A program made the translations under genes and the position numbers. A stretch of 64,000 bases of DNA from a virus (lineage: Duplodnaviria; Caudoviricetes). Below, piece after piece: positions 29,927-39,488 of the stretch (position 1 is its first letter; each line of letters starts with the position of its first letter). The notes below the pieces were generated by a model, which saw only the letters and a list, made by a program, of their open reading frames with translations, had not been told where the DNA came from and searched no databases. The DNA is taken from positions 32,001 through 96,000 of the IMG/VR virus record IMGVR_UViG_3300036821_000136; one strand, given 5' to 3'.

Positions 29927-32057
29927 ATGCCGCACCTGATCATGATCTTCCCGGTGCTGTGGGGCTGGGCCCTGGCGCACTGGTACCTCGGCGCCGCCGC
30001 CCTGGCCGCCGCCACCCTGACCGCGGTCATCGGCCGCAGGAAGGCCTGACCAATGGACCTGCCCGACAAGGACCTGCTGTTCATCCGCGTCGCCGTGTGC
30101 TGCAGCCGCCCCGGCTGCGGCCTGGCGACGCCCTGCCCGGCCTGCGCCGGCATCATGCGCGTGCCGCTGATCGCCGAGCGGTTCCGGCTGATCGCCGCCG
30201 CCGACGCCGAGCCGCCCGGCCCCGACCGGGACGCCCTGGCCGCCCGCATCACCGAGATCGAGCGCTGGCTCGACGCCCACCCCGAGGCCGCCGCCGATGA
30301 TGACACCTGCCCGTGGTGCGGCGGCCCGATGCCGTGCACCGGGCCCTGCGACTACTCGATGGGCGGAGACCAGTGATGGACGACCAGCAGCGCACCGGCG
30401 TCACCGTCACCCAGTACCAGGGGCCGACGATGCGTTTCGAGACCGCCCAGGCGTACGGCGCCTGGCTGCTGTCCGGCGCCGGGGACCCCGACTTCGCCGT
30501 TGACCTGCACGAGAGCTGGGACGACCCCGGCTACGCGGCCGACGGCGCCCGGATCATCGACGCGATGGCCGACGCCGCCGGCGAGCCCGCCCCCGAGCCC
30601 TACCGGGCCAGCGTGACGCTCCCGGCCGGCGGCGCCCACCCGTTCGAGTGGACGATCACCTGGCCCGCCGGCTGGACCCCGCCCGGCTACCAGGTCACCG
30701 CCTGCCCGGCCTGCGGGCAGGTCACCGAGCCCTACAGCCTGACCGACCCGCGCCTCGTCCACCGCGACACCGGCTGGACCATGTGCGACCCCGACACCTG
30801 GAAGGCGTAGCCCGCCGGGCTACGCGGCAACCGCGAAGGAGAGAGACCGATGACCAAGACCGACACCGGCACGTGGGCCGCCGAGCCGCTGGTCTACGGC
30901 GGCACCGCGGCGGGCAAGACCGTCGCCCGCGTGGCCGTCTGGTATGACGAGCAGCGCAACCAGCTGGTATTCAGCCCCGACAAAGGCCGCCACTACGTGA
31001 TCGGCGGCGTCTACGACACCGAGGTCCGCCGCGACGCCGGCGGCCAGGTCAAGAGCCGCCGCGGCACGCCCCGGTTCACCGGGCGCCACCCCGACACCGA
31101 ATGGGTCGCCGTGCTCGAGGCCGACGACTACGCCGCCCAGCAGAAGATCGCCGCCGGCCAGCTGGAGCGCCGCGCCCGCCGCGACCCGGAGATCGCCAAG
31201 GTGCTCCAGCCGGTCGAGGCGTTCGCCGCCGGCCTCAACTACGCCCAGCGCGACGCGCTGATCGCCCTGATCACCCGCACGGTCTACCGTGCCAGGAACA
31301 CCGGAAAGAGCTGACCACCATGCCCATGTTCAGGAAGACTGAGCGCACCCCCGAGGAGGCGGCGCTGCGCGCCGCCCAGTTCGCCGCGATCGGCGCCAGC
31401 ATCGACCTGCCCGGCCTGTACCGCGGCGCCGGTCCCGGCAAGATCGCCAGGCGGCTCGCCGAGCTGGCCGCCGGCGGCGGCACCGCCGAGGTCACCGGGC
31501 AGACGTCGCGCACGTCGATCGGCGGCGCGCTCGGCGGCGAGCTGATCGCCGGGCCGGTCGGCGCCGTCATCGGCGGGTCCCGGCACCGCACCCAGGTCGT
31601 CGTCCGCGACGGCGCCGGCGGCGTCAAGGTGACCGAGGTCCGCGACGCGCAGAAGGCGTACGCCTTCACCGAGGCGTTCGCCGCCTACGCCGCCATCGTC
31701 GCTGGCGGGACCGACGTCCCGTGACCTGCGGTTACCCCCTGCCCGCGTTGCCGATATATAGTGTGGTCAGTTGCCGGTGTACCGGTGACCACTGAAGGAG
31801 AGAGACACACCATGACCGTTCCGCCGCCGGGCATCACGTGCCCGCCCGACCCCGGCCGCCAGATCAGCGCCGCGCGCCGCGCCCAGGGGTTCCGCGACCA
31901 GGACCACCTCGACCGCTGGTTCGCCTACTCCGACCACACCAGGGAGTGCCCGGCCTGCGGCCTGCCCGGCGACGGCTACGACGGCCCCGACGGCTGGCAG
32001 CCCACCGTCACCGCCTGCCCGGAGTCGATCCGGCTGCTGGCGCTGGTGTCACCGTGA
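29927..32057 (+). CDS. Run of hypothetical genes (29927-30049, 30053-30376, 30376-30810, 30850-31314, 31320-31724, 31812-32057)
   Basis: RBSs, tight packing and GC3 bias. Confidence 0.55.
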
Positions 32058-32647
32058 CCGCGACCGTGCCCGCGACCGGCCGCGACGTGCTGCTGCAGGC
32101 GACCGCCGACGCGGCCCGCGCCGCGGTGCTGCGCCGCTACCGCCCCGACTCGTGCATCGCCACCACCAGGGTCGTGATCGAGGCGCTGCGCTACTTCGGC
32201 GTCACCGCCCGCCCGTGGGCGGTCGACCTGCAGATATACAACGCCGCCGCCTGGGCGGCCCGGGCCGGCGACGTGCCGGCGGCCGACTGGCCGGACGACG
32301 CCTGGACGATCGGCATAGCCCCGGCCGGCTACGCCGCCAGCGGCGCCACCGACCAGAACAATGTCGGGCACGTCGTCGCCGTCACCGCCGGCCGCCTCGT
32401 CGACGCCTCGATCGACCAGGCGTCCCGCCCGGCCAAGGGCCTGACCCTGACCCCGGTCGTCGCCGCGCTGCCCGACGGGTTCAACCCCGCCGACACCACG
32501 GCGACCATCGGCTACACGCTCGACGGCGTGCACCTGCTCTACCGGGCGTCGGGCAGCGGCGAGTTCCGGCGGTCCCGCAACTGGTCGCGCTCGCCGGAGA
32601 ACCGGGCGATCGTCGCCGAGACGATCAGGGCGCTGCGCGACGGCTGA
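32054..32647 (+). CDS. Transglutaminase/papain-like Cys-His-Asp protein (putative)
   Basis: DSCIATT...GHVVAV...LVDAS. Confidence 0.45.
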   Translation: MTATVPATGRDVLLQATADAARAAVLRRYRPDSCIATTRVVIEALRYFGVTARPWAVDLQIYNAAAWAARAGDVPAADWPDDAWTIGIAPAGYAASGATDQNNVGHVVAVTAGRLVDASIDQASRPAKGLTLTPVVAALPDGFNPADTTATIGYTLDGVHLLYRASGSGEFRRSRNWSRSPENRAIVAETIRALRDG

Positions 32648-32754
32648 CCGGCAACCGACTGGACCGAAACGCGCAAACGGCGTCCGGGGGACAGTGACCC
32701 CGCCGATGATGGTCCCAACGCCCGTCACCGAACTACACACCGAAAGGCACCACC

Positions 32755-34087
32755 ATGACCGCCAACACCACCACGCCGAAGCCCGAGGACATCGCCCGCA
32801 CGCTGGCCGGCTACGCGAACGCCGACCTGTCGACCACCTGCGCGATCTTCGCCGGCATCCTGCAGTCGGTGCGCCTGACCGGCCCCGACGACCAGATCCC
32901 GGCCGGCATGGCCGCCGCCAAGGGCGGCGCCGACAAGCTGCGCGTCGAGACCGACAAGTGGGGCAAGCGGTTCCGCAAGGTCAACGGCGCCGGCGCCGCC
33001 GCCGACGACCCGATCGCCAAGCTGGTCAACGCCGGCAAGGCCGCCCTCGCGCAGCCCGCCGAGTAGCCGATCCCCGGGACCGCCCGCGCGCCCCGTGCAG
33101 GGGCCGGGACGCGCGGGCCCGGCCCGGCAACACCCCCACCGACCGACTGAAGGAGAGAGAGACCGATGACCGACCACAGCGTGCACCCCGACGGCCACCC
33201 GACCCCCGGCAGGTACGTGATCCGGCAGCACGACATGATCCGGATCAGCGACGCCGACGACCAGGAGATCGGGCACCGCGACCTGTACGACCCCGACGGC
33301 AACTGGCTGGCGATGCTCGACCCGGCCACGCCGGTGACCGGCGCGATGCCCGACCTGACCCTCGGCCCGGCCGAGCGCGCCTACCTCGCCGACGTGCTCG
33401 CCCGCGTCCTGGACGAGGCCGAGGGCGAGCACTCGACGGCGACGATGTTCGGCCCGTTCGCGGCGATCGCCCAGATCGCGCTGACCAGCCCGGCGATCCG
33501 CCAGCAGGTCGACGAGAACCCGCCCGTTCCCGCTGACTCGGCGCCGAGCGAGTGCCCGCACCCGGCACGCTGCGGATTCCGCTGACCGGGGCGGGCGCGG
33601 CACGGCCGCCCGAGGGGGGTGACCGTGCCGCGCCCGGCCCGGGGACAGTCCCCGCAAGCCACGGCACCTGAAGGAGCCAACCATGAAACGCACCACCACC
33701 CGCCGCATCGTCATGATCGCGGCCGGCCCCGCCACCCTGGCGGGCCTGCTGCTGACGACCGGCACCGCCTTCGCCAGCACCGGCCCGGCCGGCAACGGGC
33801 AGGCCGGTCACGTGACCGGCGGCAGGGCGGCCAGCTACACCGACCCGGTCTTCGGGCCGGTGCGGTGCAACGAGACCCAGCACCCGGCCTTCGACACGGT
33901 CGCGTGCCAGTCCGCCACCGGCGCGCCGCTGACCGGCGTGGTCGGCGGCCAGGCCGGGTCGGTCGGCTGGAACAGCGATTTCGGCGCCGTCACCATCCAC
34001 CCGGTGACCGGGACGCTGACCTACACCGTCAGCCCGGACGGCCTGTCCTACACCGGCCAGGCCACCTACCCGGCGCTGGCGGGCTAG
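32755..34087 (+). CDS. Hypothetical genes 32755-33066 and 33166-33585, and secreted protein 33683-34087
   Basis: RBSs; the last has a signal peptide ending AFA-S. Confidence 0.6.
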
Positions 34088-34268
34088 GCCCCGACGGGGA
34101 CCCGGCCGGGGGCTCGCACCCCGGCCGGGCCGCTCGGAGGGAAGCGCCGGGCCGGGTGCGGGGTGCCCGGCCCGGCGCGCACGAAGCGGGCGGCCGCCCG
34201 GTTTTCCCACGCGGGGTGGGATCCGGGCGGCCGCCCGTTCCTGCTGCCCGTGCCGTACGCGGGCAACC

Positions 34269-35069
34269 CTACGCCGTCAGGTCGAAGCTGACCTCGAGGA
34301 CCCGGCCGGCCAGCGTGACCTGCTCAAGGTAGGACCAGCAGCGCCCGCCGGGGTCGAACCACATCCACACGGTGGCCGACACGTAGCCGCCCGGGGCCAG
34401 GCCGAGCAGCGGCCCCTCCCGGCCGTCGTCGAGGATCGGGCGGGCCTCGTAGGCGGTGCGGCCGCGGGCGAACGTGACCGGCTTGTGCGGCCACCGGCCG
34501 GGGTCGGCGGTGCGCTGCTCGATCAGCGGCAGCGCGCCGCGCGGGTCGGCCAGCGGCACGGCGTGCAGCAGCTCCGGGCACGGCACCGACAGCTCGCCGG
34601 GGAACCACTCGACCGACAGCGCGAACGGCCGCCCGCCGTCCTCGTCGTCGCCGTCGGTCTCGAAGTAGCGCTGCTCGCGGCGCACCACCGGCGCGACCCC
34701 GTTGCGCGGCGCGGGCTCCAGGTCCAGCAGCGGGATCAGCCGCGGGTAGACGGCCGCGGCGTCGACGTAGTCCGCGGCGGTGACCTCGGTGCGCTCGGCG
34801 GGCGGCGGCCCGGTCCAGGACAGCCGCTGCACCGGCCCGTGCTTGTACCGGCCGGCCTGCACGTAGGAGCCGGACGGGTCGGTGCGGACCAGCCCGTCGG
34901 TGCGCAGCCAGGCGACGGCGCGGTTGGCGGTCGCCGGGCTGACGCCGTGGGCGTCGGCCAGCGCGCGCACCGACGGCAGCCGGATCCCGTCGGCGACGCG
35001 GCCGGTGGTGATGTCGGCGGCCAGTTCGTCGTGCAGCTGCTCGGCGGGCGACCGCAGGTCGATGGGCAT
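34269..35069 (-). CDS. GntR-family (HutC/UTRA, Kor-like) transcriptional repressor
   Basis: LPSVRALADAHGVSPATANRAVAWLRTDGLV plus a UTRA-like C-terminus; divergent from the transfer genes. Confidence 0.85.
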   Translation of the reverse strand: MPIDLRSPAEQLHDELAADITTGRVADGIRLPSVRALADAHGVSPATANRAVAWLRTDGLVRTDPSGSYVQAGRYKHGPVQRLSWTGPPPAERTEVTAADYVDAAAVYPRLIPLLDLEPAPRNGVAPVVRREQRYFETDGDDEDGGRPFALSVEWFPGELSVPCPELLHAVPLADPRGALPLIEQRTADPGRWPHKPVTFARGRTAYEARPILDDGREGPLLGLAPGGYVSATVWMWFDPGGRCWSYLEQVTLAGRVLEVSFDLTA

Positions 35070-35138
35070 GGCGGGGCCTTTCCGGTAGTCGTCCTCCCGG
35101 CGATCGTACGCCGTCGCGTGACACGACCGCGACAGTGT

Positions 35139-35152
35139 GAGACGATCGTCTC
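35139..35152. promoter_or_regulatory. Perfect 14-bp palindrome, candidate GntR operator
   Basis: GAGACGATCGTCTC in the divergent intergenic region. Confidence 0.5.
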
Positions 35153-35190
35153 TGACTCGTATCGCCCGTATCACCGGAGGAGCCCCGACA

Positions 35191-35844
35191 ATGTCAGCCA
35201 CAGATACAACCGGCGCGACGCCCGCCGAGCTGCTGTGGGCAGCGTGGCGCGGCCGCGTGTTCGCCGGCCTGGCGGTCGCGGTGTGTCTCACCGTGCCCGC
35301 CGCGTTCTTCGAGTCATTCCACGGCCTGATCGAGTGGTGCCAGGGCAACGGGCTGGGCGGCGTCTACGCCTGGTTCGCCCCGGCGATGGTCGACGTGTTC
35401 ATTTTGGCCGGCGAGACCGTGCTGCTGCTGGCCATCATGGAAAGCTGGGACTGGCCCGCCAAGGCCGCCGGCTGGGCCGCGATCGGCGCCGGGCTGGCCG
35501 TGTCCGTGGCCGGCAACGTCGGCCGCTCCGGCTGGCACGTGCCGCTGGAGCGGATGGCCACCTTCGCCGTCGCGCCGCTCGCGCTGGCCGGCCTGACCGC
35601 CCTGTTCCTGCTCGTCGCCAAGCGGCTCATGCACCCGCGTGTCCGCGACCGCGTCGACGCGAACGAGGACCTGGTGATCGCGCTGCTGCGGTACCGCGAC
35701 CACGCGGAGGCGGGCACGGTGCCGACCTTCGCCGAGGTGATGGCCGACCTGAACTGCGGGCAGCCCCGCGCCCGCCGTATCCGCGCGTGCCTGCCCGTGC
35801 TCACCCCGGTCCTGGCGACCCTGAACGGGACGGTGCACCCGTGA
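35191..35844 (+). CDS. DUF2637-like (Spd-type) membrane protein with C-terminal HTH
   Basis: SFHGL......G..G..AW..P..VD...L.GE, four TMs, VPTFAEVMADLNCGQPRARRIR. Confidence 0.75.
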   Translation: MSATDTTGATPAELLWAAWRGRVFAGLAVAVCLTVPAAFFESFHGLIEWCQGNGLGGVYAWFAPAMVDVFILAGETVLLLAIMESWDWPAKAAGWAAIGAGLAVSVAGNVGRSGWHVPLERMATFAVAPLALAGLTALFLLVAKRLMHPRVRDRVDANEDLVIALLRYRDHAEAGTVPTFAEVMADLNCGQPRARRIRACLPVLTPVLATLNGTVHP

Positions 35845-36254
35845 CCCGCACCGCGCGCCGGCCGCTGGCCCGGGTGATCGGCGACGTCGCTGACCGTCAC
35901 CGCGGCGCGGTCCGCCTCGTCGTGCTCGCCGTCGTGGCCGCCGGCGGGGCCGCCTGGCACTGGCACACCTGGCTGCCGCTCGTCTTCCTCGCCGGGGCGC
36001 TGACCGCCGAGGGCGGCCGGCTGGCCGCCGAGGCGTGGGGCTGGCAGCGGGCCGGCGGCAAGGCCGAGCTGCGGCGGCTGCGCCGCCACGGCGGGCCCGC
36101 CACCATGCGCGAGCTGCACCGGCACCTGTCGCTGCGCGCCGCCCGCCGCGCCGCCCGGGCCGCGCGCCCGTCCCTGGCCGCCCTGCGGCTCGCGGCGATC
36201 CCCGCGCACCAGGCGGGCATCGCGCTGGGCACCGCGAGGAGGTCAGCGCGATGA
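35841..36254 (+). CDS. Membrane protein (possibly the detached anchor of the coupling protein)
   Basis: Two TMs; coupled on both sides. Confidence 0.55.
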   Translation: MTRTARRPLARVIGDVADRHRGAVRLVVLAVVAAGGAAWHWHTWLPLVFLAGALTAEGGRLAAEAWGWQRAGGKAELRRLRRHGGPATMRELHRHLSLRAARRAARAARPSLAALRLAAIPAHQAGIALGTARRSAR

Positions 36255-37738
36255 GGCGTCCCTGGCAGTACGTCCGCCCCAGCGTCGACGTGTTCGGGTC
36301 GTTCCGCAGCGCGTATGCGGTGATCGGCCCGCCGAACAGCGGCAAGACCGCGTTCCTGGCCCGCGCCGCGCTGACCGCGCCCGGGGCGCTGCTCACGTTC
36401 TCGACCAACTACGAGCTGGCCCGCGACACCGCCGCCGCCCGGATCCGCGAGGACCGCGGCCTGGGCCCGGTGTGGTGGGTCAACCCCGGCCGCGCCGGCG
36501 GGTTCCCGTCCAACTGCGGCTACAGCCCGCTGGCCGGCTGCGAGTCGCCTGGCATGGCGATGGAGGCCGCCGGGGCGCTGATGGCCGCCGCGCCGCACGA
36601 CAAGAAGGACGCGCACTGGGACGCCCTGTCCAAGAGGTTCCTGCAGTACCTGATGCACGCCGCGGCGCTGCACCCCGACCGGCCCGACATCCGGATCGTG
36701 CGGCAGTGGGCCGCCGACCCGGCCAACCCCGACGAGCCGATGGAGGTGCTGGACCGGTGGGGCACCCAGGACTGGGCGCAGCAGCTCGACGACCTGGCCG
36801 CGCAGTGCCGCACCGACATGGACGGGAAGACCGCCACGGCGGTCGCCGGCGGCGTCCTCGCCGCCCTGGCCTGGCTCGATGACCCGGGGCTGGCGGTGCT
36901 GGCCTGCCCGCCGCCCGGATATGAGTTCGACGCCCGCGCGTTCCTGCGCGAGCGGGGCACCGTCTACGCGATCGGCGCCGACTCCGAGCACAACCCGCAG
37001 ACCCCGTTCCTGTCGTGCTTCTGCACGTACGTGTGGAACGAGGCGAACCGGGCCGCGCAGGACCCCCGTGAGGCGTGCGCGGCCCGGGGCAAGCTCGACC
37101 CGCCGCTGATGATCGTCGGCGACGAGCCGGGCAACTCCTGCCTGGTGCCCTACGACAAGTGGGCGTCGACGGCCGGCGGCCGCGGCGTCTGCCTGATCAC
37201 CGGCTGGCAGTCCGACGCGCAGATGCCGATGCGGTGGGGCGACCACGCCGCCCGGGTGATGCTCGACGCGTTCGGCGGGCTGGTCGTGTTCGGCGGGGTC
37301 AAGGGCGACCTGGCCGCGCTGGCGTCCTCGTGGGCCGCCGACAAGCCGACCTGGCACAAGGGCGAGCGCGGCGCGAAGGTGCTGGCCAGCGCGCCCACCT
37401 TCAGCCCGGCGGTGCTCGGCACCCTGAAGGACTACCGGGCGATGGTCAAGTACGGCAGGCGGCGCGCGTTCCTGGCCGACATGCCCGACGTCCGCCGCCA
37501 CCCGTGGTACCGCGAGGTCACCGCGGCCGACTTCCCGTCCGACCCGGTGTGGGAACCCGCCGCGCTGGCCGCCCGCACCAACCGCCGCCGCGTCGCCGCC
37601 GCCCGCGGCGGCCTGACCGCCGTCACCGACCACGGCCGCACCGCCGTCACCGACCAAGGAGCACCGTCATGGCCACCACAACTAAGCAGCAGGCGGGCCC
37701 TCCCGGGCGGACACCGTCCCGGCGGGCGCGCCGGCTAG
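36251..37738 (+). CDS. VirD4/TraG-like conjugative coupling ATPase
   Basis: Walker A GPPNSGKT, YSPLAGC, HAAAL, Walker B IVGDEPGN, and GRGVCLITGWQSDAQM..RWG...LVVFGG. Confidence 0.85.
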   Translation: MRRPWQYVRPSVDVFGSFRSAYAVIGPPNSGKTAFLARAALTAPGALLTFSTNYELARDTAAARIREDRGLGPVWWVNPGRAGGFPSNCGYSPLAGCESPGMAMEAAGALMAAAPHDKKDAHWDALSKRFLQYLMHAAALHPDRPDIRIVRQWAADPANPDEPMEVLDRWGTQDWAQQLDDLAAQCRTDMDGKTATAVAGGVLAALAWLDDPGLAVLACPPPGYEFDARAFLRERGTVYAIGADSEHNPQTPFLSCFCTYVWNEANRAAQDPREACAARGKLDPPLMIVGDEPGNSCLVPYDKWASTAGGRGVCLITGWQSDAQMPMRWGDHAARVMLDAFGGLVVFGGVKGDLAALASSWAADKPTWHKGERGAKVLASAPTFSPAVLGTLKDYRAMVKYGRRRAFLADMPDVRRHPWYREVTAADFPSDPVWEPAALAARTNRRRVAAARGGLTAVTDHGRTAVTDQGAPSWPPQLSSRRALPGGHRPGGRAG

Positions 37739-38499
37739 CGAAGCTGATCGGGCACCGCAAGGTCCGCCGCGACAAGCAGCTGCTGCACCGCCTGATGCAG
37801 GAGCTGCAGCGGGAGCTCAAGCGGGCCCGCAGCCCGTGGTCGCGGCTGCGCGCCAAGGCCCGCGAGGCGATGGACCGCCGCCGCAACCCCTACACCCGCG
37901 CCGACACCGGCCGGTCCTACCGCACCAGCGAGGCCGCCATGCGCGACCAGGGCGGCGGCGGCCGCCAGGCCAGGCAGCCGCAGGGCACGGGCCGCCAGGA
38001 CCGGCAGCAGGCAGCTGCGGGCCGCCACCGCGCCCCCGGGGGACCCCGTGAGCACGTCGGCGGCAGTACCCTGCGGACCCGCCGGAACCAGGCCCGCCGC
38101 CGCCGCCTGGCGGGCCGCTCGGGCTGGGCACGGCGCGGCTGGGACCGCGGGTGGCACGGCGCCGCCCAGCGCCAGGCCAACGTCCGCGCCTGGGGCGCCC
38201 GCCGCCGCGCCGCCTACCAGCGCGCCGCGGAGCCCGGGATCCGCCGCGCCGAGGTCCGCGCCGACGCCCGCGCCAACGGGATGGACAGGCGCCGCGCCGC
38301 CGCGCACGCCAACCGGGTGCACCCCGGCGCGGTCCGCCGCCGGTGGCGGTCCTCACGCGGCCCGGCCCGCGCGACCGCCGCCCGCGGCCAGGCCGTGCGC
38401 GCCGCCTCGTACGCCGGCCGCCGCGCCCCCCGGATGCGCCGGGTCCGCCGTCCCCGCGTGGCGCGGATGCCCCGCCTGATCGGCCGCGGCGGCCGGTAA
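37669..38499 (+). CDS. Extremely Arg-rich basic protein
   Basis: AAGGAG RBS before ATG 37669; fills the gap between coupling ATPase and HNH; GC3-rich codons. Confidence 0.55.
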   Translation: MATTTKQQAGPPGRTPSRRARRLAKLIGHRKVRRDKQLLHRLMQELQRELKRARSPWSRLRAKAREAMDRRRNPYTRADTGRSYRTSEAAMRDQGGGGRQARQPQGTGRQDRQQAAAGRHRAPGGPREHVGGSTLRTRRNQARRRRLAGRSGWARRGWDRGWHGAAQRQANVRAWGARRRAAYQRAAEPGIRRAEVRADARANGMDRRRAAAHANRVHPGAVRRRWRSSRGPARATAARGQAVRAASYAGRRAPRMRRVRRPRVARMPRLIGRGGR

Positions 38500-38541
38500 C
38501 ACACCGTATTTGTGCAGGTCAGCGACCCGAAGGAGAGACCG

Positions 38542-39270
38542 ATGACCACCACCCGAGAAGCCGCCCGCGAGGAGGCATGGAGCCGCGACGACGCGCTGTC
38601 CGCGTTCCTGGCCGTCACCGCCCGCCCTGACCCCGACGACGGCACCAGCAGCCTGATCGTCCTCGACGACGCGCAGCTGGCCCGGCTGCGCCCGGTCGTC
38701 GAGCGGGCCCGCCGCGTCGGCTACTGCCTGCAGTGCGACCCCGGCTTCCCCGAGGTGTGGGCGGCCGTCGGCGACGGCTGGCCGCACCTGGCCAGCTCCC
38801 ACGGCAAGGTCCGGTCCCGGCGCCGCACGCTGACCCTGCGGCCGATGAACCGGCCGCCCGGCGACGGCGTCGTCAAGTACGAGCAGACCGACCTCTGCTT
38901 CGGCGGCCGCCAGGTCACCAAGCCGGTCCACCAGATCCTGCTGCTGGCCTTCGAGGGCACCCGCCCGTCCGACAAGCACGAGTCCTGCCACGGCGACGAC
39001 GTGGCCAACCACAACCACTGGACCAACCTGCGCTACGGCCTCGACAACGGCCTGGACAAGGCGCGGCAGGCCGCGTTCCTCAGCCCGGGCGCGGCCGAGC
39101 GCCGGTCGGCCGCCGCCCGCCGCGCGCAGCGGGCCGGCCGGCAGCGCCTCGACGACCGCCGCGCCGCCGACCGCGCAACACACCGTGACGATGACACGCA
39201 GCGTAGCGGCCTGGCGAAGGTCACCGGCTGGCTTGCCCGTCACGGAATGTGGCGACGTGGGGACCGGTGA
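38542..39270 (+). CDS. NUMOD4-like/HNH endonuclease
   Basis: EVW..V......SSHGKVRS, VHQILLLAFEG.RP...SCHGDD...NHWTNLRYG. Confidence 0.75.
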   Translation: MTTTREAAREEAWSRDDALSAFLAVTARPDPDDGTSSLIVLDDAQLARLRPVVERARRVGYCLQCDPGFPEVWAAVGDGWPHLASSHGKVRSRRRTLTLRPMNRPPGDGVVKYEQTDLCFGGRQVTKPVHQILLLAFEGTRPSDKHESCHGDDVANHNHWTNLRYGLDNGLDKARQAAFLSPGAAERRSAAARRAQRAGRQRLDDRRAADRATHRDDDTQRSGLAKVTGWLARHGMWRRGDR

Positions 39271-39458
39271 CAGGCGGTGAGCGGAACCGATGACAGACCG
39301 ATGACACGTTTCCGCAGGTCAACGGCCTGCACGCTGCGTAACCGCGGAACTCGGAAGCCGGCACGCAAATTCGCCGCCTTCGGCGGCGCCTTCCGAGTTA
39401 GCCGACCGGTGACAGCGCGTGACGAACACGGAGCGTAGCCGCTCGCCCGGCGGTGACA
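39189..39458 (+). repeat. clt-like cluster of co-oriented 8-bp repeats CGRTGACA
   Basis: Copies start at 39189, 39265, 39288, 39299, 39407 and 39451; another lies at 41141. Confidence 0.6.
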
Positions 39459-39488
39459 GCGAGTGACGACGATGGGAGGCCACCCAGC

